Assembly (NCBI RefSeq): GCF_006345805.1
Contig: NC_043010.1
Span: 992,001-1,056,000 of the forward strand
Direction of reading: 5' to 3'
DNA: 64,000 nucleotides
DNA from: Octopus sinensis
Lineage: Eukaryota
Under the pieces are notes generated by a model. The model did not search any database, was not told the DNA's origin, and worked only from the letters and a program-made list of their open reading frames with translations. The translations under genes and the position numbers were made by a program. Position 1 is the first letter of the stretch. Each line of letters opens with the position of its first letter. Shown here piece by piece: positions 38,761 through 52,222 of this stretch.

Positions 38761-39999
38761 CCTAATGTGAAATGAATCGTATGCCACACCCCAAATGAAC
38801 AAGTAGATGCAGAAAGGTCTTGTTGTTCTGCAGACATCTTGGAGAGGTTCAGCTGACAGCATTCCAGTATCTGGAGAATTTATCCTTGAACCAGTAACAA
38901 TTTCTAGTAGCATTGGCAGACTTTTTAGCCATAACTCTCTTCTTCATGGAAACAAAGGGACTTAACTTGACATTGCAATACATTTCATTTGTTTCATTAC
39001 AAATATCTTCTTTTTTGTGTACATGTGTGTGTACACAGACATCTACACACACACATACATCTACATATATACATATACACACTGACGTATGATTGTGAGT
39101 GCAACAGCCTAACCATTAGACCAAGTGTCTTCACACACACACACACACAATTTGATAAAAGTGATTTTTTGATAAATAGATTTATGAAACAAGATAAACT
39201 ATTTTGTAAAAGTCAATTTTCTTAAAAGTTATATAAACACTAAAAATACTTTTTTATCGAGTACTTCTATTGAAACAGTGACAGTATCTGTTTTTATCAA
39301 TAGATAATAACTCTTTCACCTCTCTAACTGCAGCTTTCCTTGATACCACTTACATTTCTTACAACCCAAAACCATTTCACTTGTTATCCTTCTTCCATTA
39401 ATTCTTCTCTCTTCATCAACACTTTTATTGACACCCCACACCCCACTGAATCAACAGCTATCATCCCTCACCACAATACATCTCTCACCCTCCCCGTGTA
39501 CTATACCTGCTTCTCTTTTCTTCACCCACTCCTGCACCTAGCCTTCCCTCATCCTTCTCCTGTCTACCTTTTCATCATTACTATTCTGCTGCTCAGCACT
39601 GTCATCTCTTCCTACATGCCACCCATTGCTCTCTAGCTTCACTCAATCACTATCAGTAGCAATGTAGCTCCTCTACAAGAAACCTGTCATACTCTGGCCC
39701 CCTTCTCTCATAACACTCATCTTTTGCCCCTCATCTCCTAGCACAAAAATTATCCACCATCACCACCATCACCACCATCAATTCATAGTCTTGCAAAATA
39801 TGTTGGTGGCACTAAAAAAGCATCTAGGAGATGATGTGAAGTGTTGGGCATTAGTTAAGGGCACAAAGCCACAGAAACCATGTCAAAGCAGACACTGGAC
39901 ACTCAGTCCTTGTGCCCATTGGATCCTGTTAAACTATCAACCCATGTCAGTATACGTACATGGACATTAAATGATGATAATGAGGATTATACACATGCA

Positions 40000-40470
40000 C
40001 ATCATCATCATCATCACAATCATCGTTTAACATCTGTTTTTCATGCATGGGTTGGAGAGTAAACTGGTAAGCCGGGGAGCTGCAATGGGTTTCAATCTGA
40101 CTTGGCATGGTTTCTACAGCTGGATGCCTTTCCTAATGCCAACCACTCCAAGAGTGCAGTGGGTACTGTTTACATGCCAACGGTATTGGTGACAGTTACA
40201 TAACACCAGCATTGACCACACCTTCAATCTCACTTGGCTTCTCAGGCCTTCTCAAGCATGCTATACCACGAAAGGTCTCAGTCACATGTCATTGCCTCTG
40301 TGGGGCCTATTATCGAAAGGGTGCTTTTGACATACCACCAGAATGGGTGTTAGTTATGCAACACAGGTATTGGCCACGATTACGACTTCACTTGGTTTGA
40401 CGGGTCTTCTCAAGTATGGCATATTGCCAAAGGTCTCGGTCCCTTGAACTGCCTCAATGAGGCCCAAATA
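40000..40470 (-). mobile_element. RTE-LINE 3'UTR-derived repeat with (GAT)n tail
   Basis: catcatcatc...tttctacagctggatgcctttcctaatgccaaccactc, homologous to 44705-44930 and 51050-51216. Confidence 0.7.
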
Positions 40471-40472
40471 TA

Positions 40473-40697
40473 CTGGGTTGGCCAAAAGTCAGCCGACACT
40501 AAATCAAAATTCCATAAATACTATCTGTAATTCTGTTTTGACTCAAATGGAAAAATGTGTTGCGACTTCAGTTTGAACAATTTTCATGATGTTTCATATT
40601 TTGATGCTTTTATTAAATTCATTCAGTTATTAAACATAAATAAATCTTAGAATTCAATGGTTTTGATTTACTGTCAGGTGACTTTTGGCCAACCCTG
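40473..40697. mobile_element. Tc1/mariner-type MITE (225 bp)
   Basis: TA|ctgggttggccaaaagtcagccgaca ... tgtcaggtgacttttggccaaccctg|TA: about 26-bp TIRs and TA TSD. Confidence 0.85.
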
Positions 40698-40902
40698 TAT
40701 ATATGCAAGCATGGTTGTGTGATTAAAAAGTCTGCTTTGCTTTGCTGTCATGTTGGTTCAGGTTCAGTTCCACTTAATGGCATTTTGGACCAGTCCAACC
40801 AGTGCCTTGTGAGTGGTAGATGGTAACTGTATGACACGGAGCCTGTTGTGTATGTGTATGTGTGTGTATACACAAACACACACACACATATGTATGGTGT
40901 GG

Positions 40903-41686
40903 TTGTGTGGTAAGAAGCTTGCTTCCCAACCAGTTGGTTCGAGGTTCAGTCCCACTGCGGAGCACCTTGGGTGAGTGTCTCCTACTTTAGTCCTGGGCTG
41001 ACCAAAGCCTTGTGAGTGGATTTGGTGGACGGAAACAGAAAGAAGCCCATTGTATACATGTATATATATATATATTATGTGTGTGTGTGTGTGTCTTTGT
41101 GTCTGTGTTCATCCCTTCCACCATCACTTGACAACCAATGCCGGTGTGTTTATGTTCCTATAACTTAGCGGTTCAGCAAAAGCAACCAATAGAATAAGTA
41201 CTAGGCTTGCAAGGTGTAAGACCTGGGATCAATTTCTTCAAATAAGGAACCCTTTAAAGTAGTGCACCTGCATAGCTGCAGTCAAATGACTGAAACAAAT
41301 AAAAGAATAAAAGAAAAGTAAAGAATTATAGGCGCAGGAGTGGCTGTGTTGTAAGTAGCTTGCTTACCAACCACATGGTTCCGGGTTCAGTCCCACTGCG
41401 TGACACCTTGGGCAAGTGTCTTCTACTATAGCCTCGGGCCAACCAAAGCCTTGTGAGTGGATTTGGCAGACAGAAACTGAAAGAAGCCCATCGTATATAT
41501 GTATATATATAAATATATGTGTGTGTATATATATGTTTGTGTGTCTGTGTTTGTCCATCCAACATTGCTTGACAACCGATGCTGGTATGTTTACATCCCC
41601 ATAACTTAGTGATTCGGCAAAAGAGACCGATAGAATAAGTACTAAGCTTACAAAGAATAAGACCTGGGGTCGATTTGCTCGACTAA
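40903..41686 (+). mobile_element. Two tandem SINE group A copies (40903-41313, 41331-41686)
   Basis: Heads tggttgtgtggtaagaagcttgc and ggcgcaggagtggctgtgttgtaag; the second is 3'-truncated at gactaaa. Confidence 0.88.
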
Positions 41687-42113
41687 AAAAAAGTAAAAGA
41701 GTAATGTACACACAGAGTTTCTTTCCAGTTTCCATCTACCAAATCCACTAACAAAGCTTTGGTCAGCCCGAGTTAGTAGTAGAAGATACTTGCCCAAGGT
41801 GTAACACAGTGGGACTGAACCTAGAACCATGTGATTGGGAAGCAAGCCTCTTACCACACAGCCATGCCTGTCCTCTGTGTGTGCGCGTGTTTGTGTGTAC
41901 AGGGGTATGAACGTTTATATTTGTAATATCTTTGCACAAAATCACTCAAATGAGATCAGAACAGCTTTCAAAGACAAACAGAATAATAATCTCTTCCTTC
42001 AAAACAGGTATGTGTTAGTAATAGTAAGAGCATCCTGCTATAAACTAGTTCCTCATTAATATGCGCACATTCAGCATACACTAGCGTGGAAAAACGAACA
42101 TTAAATTGGCAAA

Positions 42114-42148
<35 letters not shown>

Positions 42149-42467
42149 GTATATAGACGTATTGATGCAATGTGCCATATGCAAATTAAGCTGACCAAAG
42201 TCCATCCATTTCCAGACTATTTCTTCTTTCCCAGTAATTACAGACGCAAACAGAGAAAATGCAATAAAACAAAAAACAATGGCTCCAGTGAGAATAGACC
42301 TGTGTCAAAGCTATGTTCGAATCATTTAGTATCATGAAAAATGTGCAGAGAGCACATATATATTTACATAGATCTAGAGATCAAGATCACACACACACAC
42401 ACACGCATGTACATAGAGAATTTTATACATTTGCAGAAACACATATTCATTAGGTATGTGTGTGTTT

Positions 42468-42501
<34 letters not shown>

Positions 42502-42518
42502 GTATGTATATATATATA

Positions 42519-42561
<43 letters not shown>

Positions 42562-43132
42562 GTATGTATATATATATGTATGTATATATATATATTTGTG
42601 TGTATATATATATATGTATATATATGTGTATATATATATATATATGTATATATATTATATATATATGATATTTATTTACATGCACACATGTATATATTTG
42701 TACTATACAAACATACATACACATACAGACACAAATATACTTACAAAGATTATATATATATGTATGTATGTATATACAGACAGAGACGTATATTAACAAA
42801 CATGTACACAAACATACATCCATATACAGATACATACACATATACAGACATATACAAATATATATGCATATGCGCGCACACACGCACACACACACCACTA
42901 ATGTGTGATTGAATAAATACATCCTGCATGGCAATAAAACCACAGGCTTGCAAGATTACTGTATATTTACAGTGAAGACATGTCATAAATCAAATACTAA
43001 ATAAAAAAAGTGCTTTTGACAGGTTTTGTTGAAGACTAAGTGCTTCCTGAAAGGAGATGGTGAAGGGGAATGGGAGGAGAATAGGGGAACAGAAGAATAG
43101 AAAAACTATTTAAGTGTGAGAATATAAATACA

Positions 43133-43178
<46 letters not shown>

Positions 43179-43381
43179 CCACACACATGAACACACACAG
43201 ATATATATATGTTGGTGGTTGTTTTTATAATGCAACCCCAAAAAACAGTTTCTATGTGTGTGTGTGATTGTGTGTGTGTGTGTCAATATGCATGTGTATT
43301 CATCCTTTTATTTTTGTAGGTATACAAAACTGTATATGCATGTGTGTATATGTGTTTGTGTTGTGTGTGTATGTGTATGTG

Positions 43382-43449
<68 letters not shown>

Positions 43450-44062
43450 ATATATATATATGTACATATATATACATGTATGTATAATATATGTATATAA
43501 TATATATATATATATATACAGATGAACAATAATGTCTGGATGTGTATGGGTGTGTGTATATTGTTGTGTAAATATTGCTCACACACAGACACATGTGTAT
43601 GTGTGGGGTGTTTTTTTTGAGGGAAGTAACAATTTGCTAATGTAATAATTGATTATATATTTTAAGAATGATAATAATAATAATGATGATAATAATCATG
43701 ATAATAATGATCATGAAAATAATGATAATAATAATTCATATATATAAATAAAATCGAGAGAAAGCTATGAAAAATAAAATAAAATCAACAAAAACTACTC
43801 TTGATGTCAAACTGTAAAAACTGAAGGCATTTTATAAAATATTCATAGTCTGAATTTAAAGACAGGACTTGAAGTATAGACAGAAAATAAATAAATAAAT
43901 AAATAAATAGAAAATGAAAGTTACTAAAAATAATAATAAAAATAGTAAATATATATATATGTATATAAACAACAATGACGACAACTTCAAGAATAGCAAT
44001 ATATATATAACCAACAATATTACACCATTCCTTATCGACCAAAACCTATGATGATAATAATG

Positions 44063-44102
<40 letters not shown>

Positions 44103-44704
44103 TACTGATGACGATGATTTAAAAATTAATAATAAATAAATTTTAAATTAATTTAAAATAAAATAACTTTCAAGAGAAATATATGAAAATGAATAAATCC
44201 ATGCACTTATAAGTGTGTATACAAGATAATATATGTATGTGTGTGTGTATATATGAATATATGAATGAGTGTGTGTATGTATATACATAATTATATGACT
44301 TCATGTGTATTTACTTTGACAGTTATGTGACTAATATGGAAAGAGAGGTGGGTACCTTCGATTAAATTCTAGTCCTTTTATTTACTTGTTTGTTAAAGCT
44401 TGTAGGGTGTTGAAAGTTTGGTGCCCTACTGTCTTGGCTTTCTACATCTTAAGATACTGATCCGTAATTTATACATTTATTTATTTTCTTTTGTTATGTT
44501 GTTCTAAGTGGAAACGTTTCAATATTGTTATCAATGGCATTACAGACACTTGCTGAAATGGCATAGCAACCATTAAGAGATCTCTCCTGACAAAACTGGC
44601 ATCCTCACCACGTGACCTTGGCTTTAGACCCACTGTGGGACACTTTGGGCAAGAGTCTTTTAATAAAGCTCTGGGCTGACCAAAGCCTTGTGGGTCAATT
44701 TGTG

Positions 44705-45392
44705 GGTCATCATCATCATCACCATCATCATCATCCTGGCATGGGCTGGATTGTTGACCAGAGCTGGTGAGCCAGAAAGCTGCACTAGGATCCAGTCTGA
44801 TTTGGCTTGGTTTCTACAGCTGGATGCCCTTCTTAATGCCAAGCACTTTACAGTATGTAGTGGGCGATTTTAATGGGCCACTGGCGCAAGCACTCTTTAT
44901 GTGGAACTGGTACAAGTGCTCTTATGTGGCACTGGCACAGGACTCTTGCAGGCCAATCCTCGTCTTCAGGCAGAACAGCCTTAACATGTCTGCTGTGGAA
45001 GACAAGTCTTCCTGAGTACAGCAAAGCGCAATATATCTCTGTCCTTTGTCATCTCCAAAAGGTTCAGTGTCCTGTGGTCATCTTTCAGCACTTCATCCCA
45101 TGTCTTACTCGTCTCCTTCTGCCACGAATTTCATCCAGTTTGGAACTTCTTTGTGATGCTGTCAAAATCCATCTGCATCACATGACCAAACCAGCAGAGT
45201 CTTCTCTCTTGCACACTATACCTAATTCCTCTTATGCCAAACTTTTCTTTCAACTCACTAGCACTTAGTCGAACATGTACACTTACATTGCACATCCAGC
45301 AGAGCATAGTAGCCTCATTCCTCTCTAACCTTCACATGTCCAATACATTCAGAACCCATGTCTCACAACCATGTAGAATTGCTGTTCATCAT
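44705..45392 (-). pseudogene. 5'-truncated RTE-clade LINE (ORF2 C-terminus, 3'UTR, (GAT)n tail)
   Basis: RC 45387-45004 reads AILHGCETWVLN..*RLERNEATMLCWMCNV..ERRLCWFGHVMQM..KTWDEVLKDD..KDRDILR (RTE motifs LYG.ETW and RLRWFGHV). It continues into the GAT-tailed UTR. Confidence 0.85.
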
Positions 45393-46187
45393 ATATGTAT
45401 ATAAATATATGTGTTTGTGTGTATCCTTCGACAACACATGATGGTTGTAAACAAGCATTTTGTTCATGTCCAGTTTTCTGTGAAAAATATGTCAAGCCAT
45501 GAGAAATATTACCTTGCTTAGGAACAGGTGAGGGTTCGGGAAGAGAGACAGGAAGGGCATGAAGCTGTAGAAAATCTGCTTCACCAAATCTGATCCTCAC
45601 CTATTCAAGCATGTACATATATATATACGACAGGCTTCTTTCAGTTTCCGTCTACCAAATCCACTCACAAGGCTTTGGTCAGCAAGAGGCTATAGTAGAA
45701 GACACTTGCCCAAGGTGCCATGCAGTGGGACTGAACCCGGACTCATGTGGTTGGTAAGCAAGCTACTTACCACACAACCACTCTTGCACCTATCATGTTT
45801 TCCTCCAAATGATCACAGTGATTTTGAAATAACTACAGATATTTAGCAAACACAGGCACATTCAGCTCTCAGGTAAGTAAATCACTGCTTCACTGCACTG
45901 TTTCTGTTATATATCGATTTTTAGGTTACACAGAGGTACATATTGATATTAACATGCTTATTGATTTTAGTGCTTTATACTTATTTGGAGGTACTTATTG
46001 ATTTTGGTGGGTACATATTGGTTGTGACTGTTAGATTTTGGTGAGTACATACTAGAAGATGGTACTCTATGATTATCTTGTCATGATGCTAAAATCAATT
46101 AACAAAAGAGTAGAGCAGTATTTATAGCATCTGCAAGTCCATGTGCCGGCCTGAAGAAATGTGGATTAGGGCTGTTCACTTTGAACT

Positions 46188-46594
46188 TGTGCAGGCATGG
46201 CTGTGTGGTAAGAAATTTGCTTCCTAACCACATGGTTCTAGGTTCAGTCACACTGCATGGCACCTTTGGCAAGTGTCTTCTATTATAGCCTCAGGCTAAC
46301 AAAAGCTTAGTTAGTGGATCTTGTAGGTCCTCATCTTAGACACAAATTTAATGTGGTGTGGTTGATGTCCATTTTGAATCCCAATGTGTCAATGTATACA
46401 GAAGGCAAAATCTGGAGTGAGCGGGGGGAATTGTTGAAAGTTTCAATTCAAGGAGGAAAGACAAAGCAAAATGTTTTGTGACCGTGATGGTGAAATACAA
46501 AAGGGGCAGACAAGAGAGGGAGAGATGAATAAGTTTAATGAAAATGGAGAGAGATGATGAAGTCAGTTGCTTAATTCAGAAGAAGAGGAGGCAG
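46188..46594 (+). repeat. Dispersed duplication, copy 1 (partner 54235-54848)
   Basis: The first 294 bp match 54235-54528 with about 6 mismatches; the rest is clearly more diverged. Confidence 0.9.
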
Positions 46595-46617
46595 TTTTAG
46601 CAATGGTAAAAATAGAT

Positions 46618-46669
<52 letters not shown>

Positions 46670-46812
46670 AGGAAGCAAATGCACAAGTCAAGCAGAGGTT
46701 GGAAAGTGTTAGCATGGTGGATATAATCATATCAACTGTAGAGCACCAAACTAGATGTCTTACTCTATTTAGATTCCCTTCTAAATGGTTTAACATTCAA
46801 ACTGCAGATTAT

Positions 46813-46900
46813 TAGTACAAGGAGAAGAAGAAGAAGAAGAAGAAGAAGAAGAAGAAAGAAGAGGAGGAGGAGGAGACTGGAGAAGGAGAAGAAGAAGAAG

Positions 46901-46932
<32 letters not shown>

Positions 46933-47043
46933 GAAGAAGAAGAAGAAGAAGAAGAAGAAGAAGAAGAAGAAGAAGAAGAAGAAGAAGAAGAAGAAGAAGA
47001 AGAAGAAGAAGAAGAAGAAGAAGAAGAAGAAGAAGAAGAAGAA
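46813..47043. repeat. Long (GAA)n polypurine tract at the tail of a minus-strand SINE D
   Basis: About 230 bp of gaa/gga; SINE D at about 47050-47270 abuts it. Confidence 0.95.
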
Positions 47044-47861
47044 ACATTAGCAAAACTTCTAATTGAGGCACAAGGTAAGCAGTTTTGAGAAGAGGGTGTG
47101 TTAATGGGTTGCACTGACCCTAGTAGTTTACTGGTACTTCATTTTATCAATCTTGGAGAGAAGAAAAGCAAAGGTAACTGTGGTAGGATTTGAACTCAGA
47201 ATGTAAAGTGCAAGAAGAAAATACTCCTAAACATTTTCCCACGATCCCCTAATAATTTTGCCAGTCTGGCCCACCAGATTTTGCACAAGATATTTCCAAT
47301 TCAATAGCATGAATGAATCATTTGGTCCTCAGAAGTCATCAGTGGCATTCCCTCAGTTGCAACGAAGATAGGACTTGACCCCAAAACCCCATGGCTGCAA
47401 AGCAAGTTTCTTAAGCACACAGCCATGCCTATAGCTGCAAGGATCATCTTTTAAATCAACTATACACCACCTCCCTCACAATCTCCCTTTTACCCTTGTA
47501 TTTCTGGAGCCATTTCTGCAAAACTGATATCAAAAAAAATCAATACTGTTAGATTATTTTATTCATTAATCTTAATGTTTTCATTTGAAGCCATTGTTGT
47601 TGTTGTTGCTGTGATAGCAGCAGTTTATGTTATTGTTGTTGCTGACATCATTGTCGTTGGTGGTCATGTTGTTGTGAAGGTGCATGGCCTAGCAGTTAGG
47701 ATTTTCAGCTCACAATTGTAAGATTGTGAGTTTGAAACCTGGTGGCACATCGCATCCTTGAACAAGACATTTTATTTCAAGTTGCTCCAGTCCAAAAATG
47801 AGTAGTACCCATTTTGTTGTTGTTGTCTTCTTCTTCTTCTTCTTCCAATCAGGACTCATGC

Positions 47862-48321
47862 CATTAGCCACAAAGAATAATCTCTAATTCGAGCCTACTC
47901 TAAGCTACTAAGAATGCGTGTGGCAACTTGAAGACCCACCCACCACATACGATAGACTGGTGGTTGCACAGGCGCAAAAGCTATGTTGTTATCCTCATTC
48001 CGTAAATGGTGGCTTTTAACGGATGGAGAGCTGAACCATCCCGGGGTACAGAGGATTCGCAATCTAGACTAGGGTCTGAAAGTTTACCACAACATAGGGG
48101 GTTATACCATGGTTCCTCTGCTTTGTGGCAGAAGTAGGAAGAAAGAGTGAGAGAAAGTTGTGGTAAAAGAGTACAGCGGTGTTCACCCCCCACCCCGCCG
48201 GAGCCTCGTGGAACTTAGGTGTTTTTGCTCAATAAACACTCACAATGCCCGGTCTCGGAATCGGAACCACATTCTTACGACTGCGAGTCCGCTGCCCTAA
48301 CCACTGGGCCATTGCACCTCC
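47862..48321 (-). mobile_element. SINE group B with a distinct ~280-bp GC-richer tail ending in (GAA)n(CAA)n
   Basis: RC head ggaggtgcaatggcccagtggttagggcagcggactcgc. The body is shared with 10235-10542 up to caactttctctcactc, then diverges. Confidence 0.8.
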
Positions 48322-48374
48322 GTTCTTGCTGTTGTTGTTAAAGTACTTGTAGTTGTTATTGCTACTGCAGTAGT

Positions 48375-48406
<32 letters not shown>

Positions 48407-49840
48407 TAGTGGTGATGGTGGTGGTGGTGGCAGCAGTTCTTATTATTATAGTTCTCAATGTTTTGATTGGTTTCTGGTAACAAAACAATTTAGCTGTGCA
48501 CTTACAATGAAAAAGTCAAACTAAATAGTTTTTGGTATCACTATCTCCAAATCTTAATGACTTTCTATATTTGTAACAAAGTGCTAAAAAAAACACATAA
48601 GCACAACTTCGATGACATTAAATCTCTCCGCACCCGACCATCACCCTTTAAATTTTTGGTTTCTTCTTCTGTTTTAGGAGATGGATTAGTTTTCTCTGGT
48701 TAAATTGTAAAAGCAAGAGAATCGAAACTTATCAACCATATCTAATGAATTTGTTAAATAAAACATGAAGAAGAGGAAATAGGCTGAGAAAAGAAGAAGA
48801 AGAAGAAATTTAAATCGTTCCAAATTAAATGAAATAATAGTGACGACAATAGTGATGGGAAGAACAATAATAATGATGATTAAATGATGATGATTAAATT
48901 GTGGATAATGATGAGATGGTGGTGAAGAAGAAGGTAAAGAAGAAGAATGTGAAGAAGGAGGTGAAGAAGGAGAAGAAGAAGGAGAAGAAGAAGGAGAATA
49001 AGAAAAAGAAGAAGGAGAAGAAGAAGAAGAAGAAGAAGAAGAAGAAGAAGGTGAAGAAGGAGAAGAAGGAGAAGAAGGAGATGATAAAGAGGAAGAAGAA
49101 GTAAGAGGAGGAGGAGGAAGAAGAGCCAATAGTAATAATAACAGGATTTGTTTCCAATTTAGGCACAAGGCCAGCAATATATATTGGGGAGGCATGTTAG
49201 CTGATTGCATTGAGTGGTAGTAGACTTGACTGCTATTTATTTTATCAATTCTGAAGAGACAAAAAAAAGGCAATGATAATTTTGGCAGGATTTGAACTTG
49301 GAATGTAAATAGCAGGAACAAATATGGATGAAAATTTATTCCCCACACCCTAACAATTCTGCCAGCCCAACCCAGCCCACATCTTACACAAGTAAGTTTT
49401 TTTGTTTGTTTTATAGCATTATCTCCAGAGTTGAATGAGACACTCAAATACAGCTGTTTGGAAGCTGACGCTTTGGTACAACCGTCTGAGATATTCAACC
49501 CGTTTTGGCACCGAGTACGTATTGACTCTAGGGACCAACAGACAGATGTGCATGCAGAAATATATACATACAACATACAAATATACATTCATATATATAT
49601 ATATATATATATGTAAAACAAGATAATATATGTATATGTGTGTGTATATATTTATTTATTTATATAATAATAATAATAATAATAATAATAGTAATAATAA
49701 TAATAATATTCCTTGGCTGGAATTTATAAATATTTTAATGCATCGCTATGTGTTTCCACTGATCATGTTTCTTAAGCTCATGGTCACATGTGGAAACGCA
49801 CGTAGCAATGCATTAAAATATTTATAATTTCCATCCAAAG

Positions 49841-49924
<84 letters not shown>

Positions 49925-50261
49925 GTATAATTATCCTACGTTATATTGGCACAGCTCAGTGTGACTCCAAAACACTGGCATTGCCAGTTGGCATCATTAG
50001 GCTGGAAGTGGCAGAATGGAATAGCAGCTTTTATATTCAAAACATTATCCTGTAAACAAACTTAAAGGATACTTCATCATCATCATCATCATCATCATCG
50101 TTTAATGTTTGCTTTCCATGCTAGCATGGGTTGGACGATTTGACTGAGGTCTGGCGAACCAGATGGCTGCACCAGACTCCAATCTGGTCTGGCAGAGTTT
50201 CTACAGCTGGTTGCCCTTCCTAACGCCAACCACTCCGTATATATATACATATATATATATA

Positions 50262-50672
50262 CTTCTATTCTTTTAGTTGTTTCAGTCATTTGACTACAGC
50301 CATGTAGGAGCACTGCCTTGAAGATTTTTAGCCAAACAAATCGCCCCCAGGACTTTTTTTTAAGCCTAATACTTATCCTGTTGGTCTCTTTTGATAAAAT
50401 GCTAAGTTATGGGGACATGAACATACCGACACTAGCTGTCAAGCGATGATGGGAGAGAACAGGCACAAACACAAAGGCACACACTCATAAATATATGCTT
50501 ACACACACACACACATATTTGATGGGTTTCTTTCAATTTCAGTCTACAACTCCACTCACAAGCCTTTGGCTGGCCCGAGGCTATAGTAGCAGACACTTGC
50601 CCAAGGTGCCACTCAATGGGACTGAAACTGGAACCATGTGGTTGGGAAGCAAGCTTCTTACCACATAACCAC
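50262..50672 (-). mobile_element. SINE group A, full degenerate copy
   Basis: Tail ttttagttgtttcagtcatttgac to head gggactgaaactggaaccatgtgg. Confidence 0.8.
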
Positions 50673-50714
50673 ACATGCATCTATATATGTATATATATGT
50701 ATATATATATATGT

Positions 50715-51216
50715 ATGAAGACAGATGCATCAAGAGGTGCTGATCTGTAATTGCGGAAGGAACTTGGGGAAGGGATAGACCCAAGAAGATGTGAGATGAA
50801 GTGGTGAGAAAGGATCTTCAGATATTGGGCCTCACAGGGGACCATGACTCCTGGTGGTTTACTATGCTTCAGAAGATATGTCAAGCTAAGTAAAATCGTG
50901 GTTGCCTTTGTATACAGGCATGACCCCTGCATTCCTCTGCAGCTGACCATTCTTAACCTCGTGAGCTTGTAGTGCTGGTTCTATGTAAAATGCACCCATA
51001 CCAGGGTCACATAAGAGCAACCATGCCAGTGCTGCTTAAAAGCACATAAAAGTACACTCTGTAAAGTGGTTGGCATTAGGAAGGGCATCCTGCCGTAGAA
51101 ACTATGCCAAAACAGACATGGATCCCAGGCAGCTCAACTGGCCAGTTCTTGTCAAACCATCCAACCCATGCCAGCACAGAAAGTGAACGTTAAAGGATGA
51201 TGATGATGATGATGAT
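50715..51216 (+). pseudogene. 5'-truncated RTE-clade LINE (ORF2 tail, 3'UTR, (GAT)n)
   Basis: EGTWGRDRPKKM*DEVVRKDLQILGL (RGRP.K.W.D.V..D motif), then gtaaagtggttggcattaggaagggcatcc...gatgatgat. Confidence 0.8.
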
Positions 51217-51217
51217 A

Positions 51218-51253
<36 letters not shown>

Positions 51254-51356
51254 TAATAAGTCTTAGGGTAGCAAAAAAATTTAAGAAAAATTCTTTGCTA
51301 CCAGTGGTCTAGAGAGAAGGAAAAATTAGTCAATAGACTATATATTATTCATATAA

Positions 51357-51628
51357 AAATACAGTGTACATTTAAACACATATGAGATGGCCATAATAGG
51401 ACATCTGACTCGCTAGAAAGAGTAGTTAAACTACAAACCACTATTAGTTGTAATTCTGAAAGGGAATGAAAAATAAAAAGTAAAAAATAAAAAAATAGGG
51501 TAAACGTTTTTATTTTTCATTCCCTTTCAGAATTACAACTAATAGTGGTTTGTAGTTTAACTACTCTTTCTAGCGAGTCAGATGTCCTATTATGGCAATC
51601 TCTTATGTTTTTAAATGTACACTGTATT

Positions 51629-51629
<1 letters not shown>
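51357..51629. repeat. Near-perfect inverted repeat, ~122-bp arms, 27-bp spacer
   Basis: ccataataggacatctgactcgctag...gggaatgaaaaataaaaa pairs without mismatch over about 90 bp with tttttatttttcattccc...ctagcgagtcagatgtcctattatgg. Confidence 0.95.
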
Positions 51630-51695
<66 letters not shown>

Positions 51696-51704
51696 ATATA
51701 TATA

Positions 51705-51796
<92 letters not shown>

Positions 51797-52175
51797 ACTT
51801 GGTTTCAAATTCAGTCCCACTGTGTGGCACCTTGAGCAAGTGTTGTTTACTAAAGCCTCAGGCCAACCAAAGCCCCGAAGCCTTGAGAGTAGATTTGGTA
51901 GACAGAAACTGAAAGAAGCCTGTCATATGTGTGCATGTATATATTTATGAGTATGTGTCTTTGTGTCTGCGATTGTTCCTCATCACTGCTTGACAAGCGG
52001 TGTTGGTGTGTTTACATCTCCGTAACTTAGCAGTTCAAGAAAAGAACCTGATAGAATAAGCACTAAGCTTACAAAGAATAAGTTCTGGTGTTGATTTCTT
52101 CGACTAAGCAACCCTTTAAGGCACTGCTCCAGTATGGCTGCAGTCACATGACTGAAACAAGTAGAAGAATAAAAT
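51797..52175 (+). mobile_element. SINE group A
   Basis: ttcagtcccactgtgtggcaccttgagcaag to atgactgaaacaagtagaagaat. Confidence 0.8.
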
Positions 52176-52222
52176 AGTAAAAAAAAAATATATGCATGTA
52201 TAAATAGAAAGCAAGAGAGGGA

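Noticed and set aside
48686-49588. Longest ORF (300 aa, minus strand)
   Set aside because: It is composed of a (TTC/TCC)n tract, a SINE D copy and (TA)n; it is open only because the repeat lacks stops
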